Positions 41,531 to 52,974 of a DNA stretch of 64,000 bases are shown in pieces. How positions within the stretch are numbered: position 1 is the stretch's first letter; every line of letters starts with the position of its first letter. A program made the translations under genes and the position numbers. The stretch is from the human T2T-CHM13v2.0 reference genome, Homo sapiens. The stretch spans positions 4,960,001-5,024,000 of the forward strand of contig CP086569.2 of assembly GCA_009914755.4 (NCBI GenBank), read 5' to 3'. Under the pieces are notes generated by a model. The model did no database searches. It had not been told where the DNA came from and was given only the letters and a program-made list of their open reading frames with translations.

Positions 41531-42724
41531 TTGAAAAAGTTCTCAGGAAAGATGCGGGGAAATATATTTTTTTCATTACACCATTCCCCCACACAAATAT
41601 ATTTTATTTTTTTCTTTTCATTTCCTTTCTAAGTCTTTGCATCTCTAATGATGGTGTACATTCATATGAAAAATTTGATATTTAGCAGAATTAATACTCA
41701 GTTAATACATAAAGCTATAGATTATAGTTTGATAAGTAAAAATGAGTTATGAATTATGCAGAACTCCATAGAATTTCAATATATGAATCCTCATTTTATT
41801 TATGTATCTGCTATATATATGTATATTTATATTCAGTCCTCCCTTGGTATCTTTAAGGGATTGGTTCTAGCACCCCCGTAATACCAAAATCCTTAGATGC
41901 TCAAGTCCCTTATATAAAATGATACATCGTATTTACATATAGTCTACACACCTTCTCCTGTATATTTTAAATTATTTCTAGATTACTTATAATACCTAAT
42001 ACAATGTAAATGCTATGTAAATAGTCATTATACTGTATTATATATATTTGTATTACTTTTTATTGTAGTATTGTTATTTGTATTGGGCTTTCAAAATATT
42101 TTTGATCCTCAGTTGCTTGAAATCAAGAATGTGGAACCCGTGGATACAAGGTGCCGACTGCTTATACATATATGTATGTATTCAAATAATGAAATTCATT
42201 CCTAAAGCATGAATATTTTAGGGAAAAAAATGAGGTAGCAGACGATATCTTATTGATCCTAGGGATTTCTTATTTTATTTTTTCTTCTTGCACCAATGTT
42301 TCCTGGCCTACACTAATCTAAGTAACCAAAACTACATTTTATGTTGTGAGGTTGTGTGGTCAGAAATTGAGCCCAAGAACTAATTAAGGTGGAGGTAGAT
42401 TCGACTCCAATGATAGGGAAGCTCCCACTAAATGTATTTCTACAGCAAGACACAAAACTAATAATGAACATGATTGTGATACCATATACCCTCATTTCTA
42501 TTTTGTTTTAATTAAATAATATAAATTCTTTCATAAATAAACATACGGTTGGTCATAGAAACCATCAGGCTAAACCAAAAGATGATGTTTGAATTTGCTC
42601 ATAATTTTGTTCTTCCCTTAAGACACTAGCTAAAATCTCATCTGTGGTTAAAGCACAGGCATGATTCTCAAAATGTTCTTGGTATTGCCAGAAATCCACT
42701 GAGCTGGTTGTGCTTGTCCAGTGA

Positions 42725-43108
<384 letters not shown>

Positions 43109-44335
43109 TAATGACATGCCATACTGGCCACATCAAGTATGTTTACAAAGTATAGGCTAGTAACTCATAACTATTTTACCAAAACATCTCTAAAAACTGC
43201 TCTCCTGTCTTAATCATATTTTGATCTTGACTTTTTTTGTAACTTTTCTGTTAGAATTATCTATTCACACCTTGGCTCAGTATGTGCTTTGTGTTGTTAA
43301 TAATTTCATGTCTATAGCTTTTTAGAAACTTTTACTGAAAGTCTGTATTTGCGTGGAAATGAAACCAATTAAGAAATACAAATGACATTTCTTTCCAGCT
43401 TGTCAGAAACTGTGAGAGAGAAATTAATGACAAAAGTTTATTGCTGTGTCTTCTTTTCAGTATGCTTCCTTCAAACTTCATGGCAGTAAATGCCAAATAA
43501 CCTCATGTATCAAACTTAAAGCAAGCTGTGAGCCAGGTGTCTTCAACTGCAGGTCATATGCTGAGCTACATTCATCATTTTAATCTTTTGAATTAAATTC
43601 TCTAAAATTGAATAAACCTCAGTGAGCCTGTGGTTGCTAAGAAATTCTTTAATTCTCTGACTCCTGAATTCTGTAATATCTTCTGCCTAGAATAAAAATG
43701 GAGAAAGAATAAGGGGCAGGTTTTGGCCCATAGAAAGCAAACAATACATGTTTTGAGTCAATTTAGTGTTAGCAACTTGAGAGCAGGGACCAGAGCCATT
43801 CTTTTACACAAAACACAAAAATTTAGTTCAATTTTTGTATATTTCACTGCTATGTATCCTGCTGTCATTCAGTGAAATTCTGCTTGTATTTATATGCTAA
43901 AAATTGTTGGGGAAAATTACTCCTTTTGGTAGTAATCAAAACCAATTCAATGTGCACTACGGTATAATGTTTAAGTGGAAAGTAGTAATCTCAATAATTT
44001 CTCTGAAAATCAACTCCAAGTTTCAAGCAGCCAAGGATGAATGATGGCTGCTCTCTATATATTAATCAAAATAATCATTAAAGAAAATAAAGAACATATA
44101 TTTAAAAGATTCCATCATATTGACAGAACAAGCATTTACAGCACTTAGCAGAATATGTAGTTCATATATTTTCCCTTAAGTGTTTTTCTTATGGGTTTTT
44201 AATTTTTTAAATTTATTTTGGGGATTTTTAATAGATGATGTATTCAAATGATTTAAAAATTAAAACCATGTAACAAAGTACACATGAAGAAGCCTTTCTT
44301 CCAAGCTTGTCACTATTTCTTCCATATATCCTTCC

Positions 44336-44786
44336 TTTCATGCACGTCCCTGTGAAGAGACCACCAAACAGGCTTTGTGTGAGCAACGAGGCTGTTTATT
44401 TCACCTGGGTGCAGGTGGGCTGAGTCCGAAAAGAGAGTCAGTGAAGGGAGATAGGGGTGGGGCCGTTTTATAGCATTTGGGTAGGTAAAGGAAAATTACA
44501 GTCAAAGGGGGTTGTTCCCTGGCGGGCAGGAGTGGGGGTTGCGAGGTGCTCAGTGGGGGTGTTTTTGAGCCAGGATGAGCCAGGAAAAGGACTTTCACAA
44601 GGTAACGTCACCAGTTAAGGCAAGGATCAGCCATTTACACTTCTTTTGTGGTGGAATGTCATCAGTTAAGGTGGGGCAGGGCATATTCACTTCTTTTGTG
44701 ATTCTTCAGTTACTTCAGGCCATCTGGTCGTATCCCTGCAAGTCACAGGGGATGTGATGGCTTCGCTTGGGCTCAGAGGCCTGACA
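44336..44786 (-). mobile_element. HERV-H 3-prime LTR (LTR7), antisense
   Basis: Reverse complement of LTR7: window reads tttcatgcacgtccctgtgaagagaccaccaaacaggctttgtgtgagcaa...gggctcagaggcctgaca, which is the complement of LTR7 TGTCAGGCCTCTGAGCCC...TTGCTCACACAAAGCCTGTTTGGTGGTCTCTTCACA...CATGAAA; 451 bp. Confidence 0.93.
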
Positions 44787-46740
44787 TTCCTGCCTTCTTA
44801 ATAAGAAAAATAAAACAAAATAGTGTTGAAGTGTTGGGGCGGTGAAAATTTTTGGGGGGTGGTATGGAGAGAGAGTGGACGATGTTTCTCAGGGCTGCTT
44901 CGAGCAGCATTAGGGGCTGTGTGGGAGCCTAGAGTGGGAAAGATTAAGCTGAAGGGAGGTCTTGTGGTAAGGGGTGATATTGTGGGGATGTTAGAAGAAA
45001 CATTTGTCGTATAGAATGATTGGTGATGGCCTGGATACGGTTTTGTATGAACTGAAAAACTAAATGGAATAAGAAGGAGAAAAACAGATATAAAAGGTCT
45101 AAGAATTGGGAGGACCTAGGACATCTGATTAGAGAGTGCCTAAGGAGATTCAGCATAGTCCTGCCAGCAAAGATTATTTATTTACTTCAAGAGTTAAGAG
45201 TAGCGGTTTGGGGATAGCACGAGGAGATATCACCTGTGATGGCTTGGAGAAACAGTGTAAACTGGCAGTGTAAACAAGAGCAGGGCATGTATGAGTAGTT
45301 GAGAATGGAGAATAGGAGTATGACTAGACAGAAAATAGTAGGGATGACAAGTTTTTTTGGGGGCACAGTCTAAGTTGGTCTGGTGTCTGGAATGAGACTG
45401 GGGCCTAATAAAAAGGAGCATCTATACAGGAGCTTAAATGGGCTGTACCTTGTAGCATTCCGAGGACAGGCCTGAATTCTGAGAAGGGAAAGTGATAAAA
45501 GTATTGTCCAGTCCTTTTTGGTGGCTGAGCTTGGTGAGGTGTGTTTTTAAAAGACCTTTAGTCCATTCTACCTTTCTTGAAGAAGGAGGACCGTAAGGGA
45601 TATAAAGGTTTCACTGAATACTAAGAGCCTGAAAAACTGCTTGGTGATTTGACTAATAAAGGCTCATCTGTTATCAGACGGTATAGAGGTGGGAAGGCTA
45701 AACTGAGGAATTACGTCTGACAGAAGGGAAGAAATGACTGCGGAGGCCTTCTCAGACCCTGTAGGAAAGGCCTTTACTTTATTCAGTGAAAGTGTCTATT
45801 TAGACTAAGAGGTATTTTAGTTTCCTGACTCGGGCATGTTGAGTAAAGCTAATTTGCCAGTCCTGGGTGGGGGCAAATCCTCGAGCTTGATGTGTAGGGA
45901 AGGGAGGGGGCCTGAATAATCCCTGAGGAGTAGTAGAATAGCAGATGGAACACTGGGAAGTTATTTCCTTAAGGATAGATTTCCATGATGGAAAGGAAAT
46001 GAGAGGTTCTGAGAGGTGGGCTAGTGGCTTGTACTATAGCATAGCCTGACTTTGCTGGTATGTGGCGATTAGGCCTGGTGGAACTGCCATCAATAAATCA
46101 AGCGTGATCAGGGTGAGGAACAGGAAAGAAGGAAATATGGGGAAATGGGGTGAATATCAGGTGGACCAGAGAGATACAGTCGTGGGGGTCAGGTGTGGTA
46201 TCAGGAATAATGTGGGAAGCCAGATTGAAGTCCTGGCCAGGAACAATGGTAATTGTGGGACTTAAGAAAGTGTGAGTACAGCTGAAGGAGCCGGGGAGCA
46301 GAAAGTATATGCGTCAGGTATGAGGAAGAAAATAGATTTTGGAAGTTATGAGAAATGTAGAGAGTGAGTTGAGCATAGTTTGTGATTTTTAGGGCCTCTA
46401 AAAGTATTAAAGCAGCGGCAGCCTCTGTACGCAGACATGAGGGCTAGGCTAAAACAGTAAGGTCAAGTTGTTTGGACAGAAAGGCTACAGGGTGCAGTCC
46501 TGGCTCTTGTGTAAGAATTCTGACTGCACTAACCATGCCTAGGAAGGAAAGGAGTTGTTGTTTTGTAAGGGATTGAGGTTTGGGAGATTAATCGGACACG
46601 ATCAGCAGGGAAAGCACGTGTGTTTTTAGGAGAATTATGCCGAAATAGGTAACAGATAAGGATGAAATTTGGGCTTGACTGAAGTAATGGGGGCTGTCTG
46701 TGAAGCCTTGTGGCAGTACAGCCCAGGTAATTTGCTGGGC

Positions 46741-47436
46741 CTAATCGGTGTCAGGGTCAATCCAAGTGAAAGCGAAAACAGGTTGGGATGAAGGGTGCAA
46801 AGGAACAGTAAAGAAAGCATGTTTGAGATCTAGAACAGAATAATGGGTAGTAGAGGGAGGTATTGAGGATAGGAGAGTATATGGGTTTGGCACCACGGGG
46901 TGGATAGGCAAAACAATTTGGTTGATAAGGTGCAGATTCTGAACTAACTTGTAAGGCTTGTCTGGTTTTAGGACAGGTAAAATGGGGGAATGGTAAGGAG
47001 AGTTTATAGGCTTTAAAAGCCCATGCTGTAGCAGGCTAGTGTTAACAGGCTTTAATCCTTTCAAAGCGTGCTGTGGGATGGGATATTGCCGTTGAGCGGG
47101 GTAAGGGTGACTAGGTTTTAATGAGATGGTAATGGGCATGTGATCGGTTGCCAGGGAAGGAGTAGAGATGTCCCATACTTGTGGGTTAAGGTGGGGGGAT
47201 ATGAGAGGAAGACTCGAAGGAGGCTTTGGGTTGGGGAGAAGGGTGGCAATGAGATGTGGCTGTAGTCCAGGAATAGTCAGGGAAGCACATAATTTGGTTA
47301 AAATATCTCGGCCTAATAAGGGAACTGGGCAGGTGGAGATAACTAAAAAAGAGTGCATAAAAGAGTGCTGTCTAAGTTGGCACCAGAGTGGGGGGAGTTT
47401 TAAGAGGTTTAGAAGCCTGGCTGTCAATACCCACAA
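46741..47436 (-). pseudogene. HERV-H pro/pol remnant ORF (non-functional fragment)
   Basis: 231-aa ORF with gammaretrovirus-like RT motif VLDLKHAFF and protease C-terminal LLGRDIL motif; truncated at both ends relative to a retroviral Pol. Confidence 0.7.
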
Positions 47437-48870
47437 CAGTTATGGAGGCAAGGGAAACAGACCCTTGAAAAGAAGGTAATGTGGAGTGGGTAGCCTCCAT
47501 ATTGATTAAGAAGGGGACGGGCTTACCCTCCACTGTGAGTTACCTAAAGCTCGGCGTCTGTGATGGTCTACGGGGCTTCTGAGGCGATGGGGCAGCATCA
47601 GTCTTCAGCCGGTAAGCCGAGAAGGAGTCAGTCAGAGAGCCTTGGGCCAGAGTTCCAGGAGCTCTGGGAGTGGCTGCCAGGTGAGTTGAACAGTCCGATT
47701 TTCAGTGGGGTCCCACACAGATGGGACGTGGCTTAGGAGGAATCCTGGGCTGCGGGTGTTCCTTGGCCCAGTGGCCAGATTTCTGGCATGTGTAACAAGT
47801 TCCTGGGGGAGGAGGTTCTGGAGGAACGCCTGGCTGCTACAGTTCAGGTGTTTGGAAGTTCTTGTGTGCTGGAGATGTGGCTGGGGTTTGTCTCACAGTG
47901 GTGGCAATGAATTGCAACTTTTTTCTGTTATTGCACACCTTGAAGGTGAGGTTAATTAAGTCCTGTTGTGGGGTTTGAGGGCCAGATTCCAGTTTTTGGA
48001 GTTTTATTTAATGTCGGGAGCAGATTGGGTAATAAAATGTATATTGAGAATAAGATGGCCTTTTGACCTTTTAGGGTCTAGGGCTGTAAAGTGTCTCAGG
48101 GTTGCTGCCGAACGAGCCATGAACTGGGCTGGATTTTTATATTTGATGAAAAAGAGCTTAAACGCTATCTGATTTGGGATAAAGAAAAAGGAGCATTAAC
48201 CTAGTGCCTTTAGCTCCAGCCACCTTTTTAAGAATAAATTGCTGGCAGGTGGGGGAGGGCTAGTCACGGAATGAAACTGTAAGCCGGAGCAGGTGTGAGG
48301 AGGGGAGGCGATAAAAAGATTATAGGGTGGAGGAGTGGAGGCTGCGGAAGAATTGGGACCTAGCTCGGCCTGTCAAGGAGGGGAGAGGTCAGATGGGTCT
48401 GTAGAAAAGGAAGATTAGAAAGACTCAGCGACGCTTGGGGTTGGGACTGAGGGGACAGGCGGGAGGGAAAGAAGGAAGATTTGGGAGGAGTTGCACTGGG
48501 CACAGAGACTAGGAGGGGACTGATGTGTAAAAGAATGCCTGGACGTCAGGCACCTCAGACCATTTGCCCATTTTACAACAAGAATTATTTGGATCTTGCA
48601 GGATGGAAAAATTGAAAGTGCCGTTTTCTGGCTATTTGGAACTACTGTTGAGTTTGTATTGGGGTCAAGCGGCATTTCAGAAGAAAATAAGACGCTTAGA
48701 TTTTAGGTCAGGTGAGAATTGAAGAGGTTTTAAGTTCTTAAGAATAGAGGCTAAGGGAGAAGAAAGAGGAATGGAAGCTGGAAGCATAGTGAAGGAGGCA
48801 AGCCCAGAGAAAAGAGTGGAGACACGGAGAAGGAGTGGGGTTTTCTTTCCCTCCAGAAAAGCAGAGAAAG

Positions 48871-48985
48871 GGTTGGGGCACAGAAATAAGGGATTGGGGT
48901 GCAGAGATAAGAGATTGGGGCGTGGAAATAAGGGATTGAGGCACAGAGATAAGAGGTTGGGGCGTGGAAATAAGCGATTGGGGGG
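48871..48985. repeat. Tandem 21-bp repeat (about 5 units, gggattggggcacagaaataa-like) within HERV-H 5-prime internal (leader/gag) region, followed by a roughly 55-bp duplicated block 48986..49100
   Basis: ggttggggcacagaaataag ggattggggtgcagagataag agattggggcgtggaaataag ggattgaggcacagagataag aggttggggcgtggaaataag; then ...cttgccccctaggaaagcgggacttgccactaagggtgaaggag / cttgcccctgccccaggaaagagggacttgccgccaagggtgaaggac. Confidence 0.85.
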
Positions 48986-49506
48986 TTCTTGCCCCCTAGG
49001 AAAGCGGGACTTGCCACTAAGGGTGAAGGAGAAGGGGTTGAGGGGTACTTGCCCCTGCCCCAGGAAAGAGGGACTTGCCGCCAAGGGTGAAGGACCAAGT
49101 CAGGCATCCCTGCGTGGTCTGACACCCTTGAAACGTGAGTGTATAATCAGAGAGGTGTCCCTGCAATGATTAAACACCAAGAGAAGGCTGCCTTCCCAGT
49201 CCGTGACCGGCGCCGGAGTTTTGGGTTCATGGATAAAACATGTCTCTTTTGTCTCTACCAGAAAATGAAAGGAATTGAAATTAAGAGAAGGGAGAGATTG
49301 AAGTGTGGTTCCAAGATTGAAAGGAGAAAGAGGTTAAGGGATAGTGAGGGAGGTTGGAGAAGAGAGTAAAAAGAGGCCGCTTACCGGATTTGAAATTGGT
49401 GAGATGTTTCTTGTGCTGGTCGGTCTGAGGACCTGAGGTCATAGGTGGATCTCACGGAGCAAAAAGCGGGAGGACAGGGGATTGATCTCCCAAGGGAGGT
49501 CCCCCG

Positions 49507-49524
49507 ATCCGAGTCACGGCACCA
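49507..49524 (-). promoter_or_regulatory. HERV-H primer binding site complementary to tRNA-His 3-prime end
   Basis: Plus strand atccgagtcacggcacca = reverse complement of TGGTGCCGTGACTCGGAT, located 2 nt from the 5-prime LTR. Confidence 0.9.
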
Positions 49525-49526
49525 AA

Positions 49527-49978
49527 TTTCATGCGCGTCCGTGTGAAGAGACCACCAAACAGGCTTTGTGTGAGCAACATGGCTGTTTATTTCACCTGGG
49601 TGCAGGCGGGCTGAGTCCGAAAAGAGAGTCAGCGAAGGGAGATAGGGGTGGGGCCGTTTTATAAGATTTGGGTAGGTAAAGGAAAATTACAGTCAAAGGG
49701 GGTTTGTTCTCTGGCGGGTAGGAGTGGGGGTCGCAAGGTGCTCAGTGGGGGAGCTTCTGATCCAGGATGAGCCAGGAAAAGGACTTTCACAAGGTAACGT
49801 CATCAGTTAAGGCAAGGACCGGCCATTTACACTTCTTTTGTGGTGGAATGTCATCAGTTAAGGTGGGGCAGGGCATTTTCACTTCTTTTGTGATTCTTTA
49901 GTTACTTCAGGCCATCCGGGCATATACGTGCAGGTCACAGGGGATGCGATGGCTTGGCTTGGGCTCAGAGGCCTGACA
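49527..49978 (-). mobile_element. HERV-H 5-prime LTR (LTR7), antisense
   Basis: tttcatgcgcgtccgtgtgaagagaccaccaaacaggctttgtgtgagcaacatggctgtttatttcacctgggtgcaggcgggctgagtccgaaaagag...gggctcagaggcctgaca; about 93-94 percent identical to the 3-prime LTR; flanked by CTTCC (49979-49983), matching CTTCC at 44331-44335. Confidence 0.93.
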
Positions 49979-50879
49979 CTTCCCTCTACAGTTAATCATT
50001 CTTATTAGTTTCTCAAATATGTTTCCAGAGTTTCCATATGTAGATATAAACAAATATTTGTAGGTTATCTCATAGCTGTTATAAACAGTCCCTTATACAT
50101 GGATATTGGGACTTATTTTCAGCTTTAAAATGATAAAATGGTAAATAGTGCTGTAATGAAAAATCTTTCACACATATCATTTATCCATATTTCTAGAAAT
50201 GGGATTGTTGAATCAGATTAACGTTAGAATCAATTTATCTAGCTCTAAAAATGTTGCTGTTCTTGTTGGAATCACACTAATTTTGATGTTAACTTAGAGA
50301 GAATCATCAGCTTTATGATGCTGAATCCTTCTACCCAAGATTACATCATGTCTTTTCTTTTATTCCATCCTAGATTTTTGTCCTAAATTATGTTAAATAT
50401 TTTTCTTATGACTATTGAACAATTCTGGCTATGTTTACTCAGACGTTTTGTTCTTTTTCATGTTGTTTGTGTATGTTCTTGCCATCTTAGCAAAGTAATT
50501 ATTGCAAATTTTTAAAATATGCGAATATGGAGCAAAATTGGAAGTAACACAGTATATATTTTTATCAATTTTGTGCAACTCCAGACACTTTGTGTTAATC
50601 ATTAATAAATATTTATTTTACTAAGTTTTTGATATCTACTATTTGATTTGGCATTCCTCAAATACCTGTGGATTAAAATATTATAAAAACTTCCTACTGG
50701 GAAAAATTTTTAAAAGCCATATTATCATTTATTGGTTTATCTTTTTTAAATAATTCAAATACTGAATTAACTCTATAGTTAACAAGATATCACTTACATT
50801 TTCTAAGATACTCTCTTGGATTTAGCTGTGTGGCACTATTAACCAAAAATAAATTCTAAGGCCATCCAATCATCTAAAT

Positions 50880-51400
50880 GGACCCCTCCTCTTGGCCAAG
50901 GGCATTCCACAGTTAACCTGAAAAACCAGTTCAGGACATGACAGAAGAGGGGAAGGCACATGCCTCACTATACATCCCACCAGCATTAGCATCAACACAG
51001 ATCTTAAATCTGATAAGAAACATTTACAATCTATTCTCTCAGAAGCCTATTACTTGGAGGCCTCCTCTGCATGATAAAATCGAGGTCTCCACCACCCCTT
51101 AACTTAATCCAAACATTGCTTTCTATTGATAACTCTCTTTCAGCCAATTGCCAATCAGAACATTTTTAAATCCATCTATGATCTGGAAGCCACCCTTCAA
51201 TCCCCCTCCTCAATCCCTTCATCACTTTGAGTTAGTCTGCCCTTCCAGATGGAACGAATGTAAATCTTACATGTGTTGATTGACGTGTGATATCTCCTCA
51301 AATTATGTAAAAACAAGCTGTACCCTGACCACCCTGGGCATATTTTCAGGGCCTCTTGAGGCTGTGTCATGGGCATGTCCTTAACCTTGGCAAAATAAAC
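50880..51400 (+). mobile_element. Unclassified LTR-like interspersed repeat (contains CCAAT-like box, AATAAA and U3/R-like organisation)
   Basis: ...ccaatcagaacatttttaaatccatctatgatc...gggcatattttcagggcctcttgaggctgtgtcatgggcatgtccttaaccttggcaaaataaacgttctaaactgattgagacctgtctcag; a roughly 200-bp segment is repeated at 51740..51960. Family not identified from memory. Confidence 0.35.
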
Positions 51401-51535
51401 GTTCTAAACTGATTGAGACCTGTCTCAGATACTTTTGAGTTCACAAATTTGAGAGCTGTCTTAGGTACTTTTGGGTTCAAAACACCCTTTGATGTTAATG
51501 GAATCCATTGTCTAAATCACCAAGAGGCTGGGCGC

Positions 51536-51731
51536 GGTGGCTCACGCCTGTAATCCCAGTACTTTGGGAGGCCGAGGCGGGCGGATCACCTGAGGTCGGG
51601 AGTTCTAGACCAGCCTGACCAACATGGAGAAACCCTGTCTCTACTAAAAACACAAAATTAGCAGGGCGTGGTTGGCACATGCCTGTAATCCCTGCTACTC
51701 GGGAGGCTGAGGCAGGAGAATCGCTTGAACT
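51536..51731 (+). mobile_element. Alu, 3-prime truncated (left monomer plus part of right monomer, no tail, no TSD)
   Basis: ggctgggcgcggtggctcacgcctgtaatcccagtactttgggaggccgaggcgggcggatcacctgaggtcgggagttctagaccagcctgaccaacatggagaaaccctgtctctactaaaaacacaaaattagcagggcgtggttggcacatgcctgtaatccctgctactcgggaggctgaggcaggagaatcgcttgaac then abruptly non-Alu (tcaaagcccccactttgag). Confidence 0.88.
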
Positions 51732-52974
51732 CAAAGCCCCCACTTTGAGTTGTCCCACCTTTCTGAACCAAAACAATGTATTTCTTAAATGTATTTGATT
51801 GATGTGTCATACTTCCCTAAAATATATAAAACCAAGCTGTACCCCAACCACCTTGGGCACACGTTCTCAGGACTTCCTGAGGGCTGTGTCATGGGCCATG
51901 GTCACTCATATTTGACTCAGAATAAATCTCTTAAAATACTTTACAGAATTTGACTCTTTTCAACAACAATATGCCAATATGTATAGGAAATCACTAGTCA
52001 AATTAATTTATCAGTGCTATTTGATAGTTTGTGAAATATCTTTGTATATAAACAATATGAACTGATAAAGAAAAAATATAGTTCTGATATAAAGAAGCAG
52101 AGTTCTTTGACAAGCTGAGTGAAGAGAATTTAATCATGAAGGATCCTTGGATATTATTTAGTTTTTAGACATCATGTAGTCCAAGATCTGTTCTGAAAAC
52201 ATACCTGGTTCAAAATGCAGATTTCCTCAAAATGTCTACATCAGTATCAAATGAAATATATAACAATGTTCATTGGTTTCTTCTTCTTTATGTCATTAAG
52301 TTGCTTCAATAGCAATAGACTGGCAAGTGCATTCTGCCACCTTGGACTTGTGATTCACTCAGGAGAATTTAACACTGTGATTAAAAAAAGTAAAAGGGAT
52401 TTAGTATTTCTAAGGCTGACTGCCTTGGCAAGACACTGTAGTTCAAATCAGCATGCATCCATTTTGAATATTAAGTAGGAAAGTGAAATAAATTTTTGGT
52501 AGAGGCTTAGAAAAATATAAAACACTGTCATTCTGAGGTTAGTTTTCAGCTCCATTGATTTTTGTCTTTTATACCTCAATATGATTAAAAAAAAAGCTTT
52601 CCCTAAATCTGTCTATATAATGTTTCACCATTATGGTACACATATAATATAATGCAGACTACTCTGTTTTCCACTCTGACCTTTACTACATAGCTGGTTT
52701 TTGATAGAAGAATGTGGGAGGAAATACTTTTTAAATAGAATTCCAATAATGCATCTGTAAACATAACCTCTCATCCTTTGAAATACGAAGTGTTAACCTT
52801 GCTGTAGGATATATTATTCCTTTTCGTTTTGATAAGCCGTAAGAGGTAGGGACATAGAATTAAAATGCATAGATAACTATGGTCAGGATTACCTAATATT
52901 AACCTAAATTATGTCCTGTTAAGCATTGAATAATGTTAAGTAAAATGTTCTATTATCATTATAAGTTTTGTAAT

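Larger units (their letters stand above)
44787..49526 (-). mobile_element. HERV-H internal region (deleted-type HERVH-int, about 4.7 kb) with degraded gag/pro/pol remnants
   Basis: Bounded by two LTR7 copies in the same orientation. A tRNA-His primer binding site lies at its 5-prime end. Minus ORF 46741..47436 (231 aa) shows retroviral protease-end/RT motifs (LLGRDILTKL...; YSVLDLKHAFFTVPLHPSSQPVFAFTW). No intact gag, pol or env. Confidence 0.9.

Noticed and set aside
46741-47436. 231-aa HERV-H pol ORF as a possibly functional protease/RT
   Set aside because: It covers only the protease C-terminus and the N-terminal RT motifs. It lacks a start in gag-pro context, the RT palm YXDD region, RNase H and integrase. 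Typical of the deleted HERV-H majority; non-functional.
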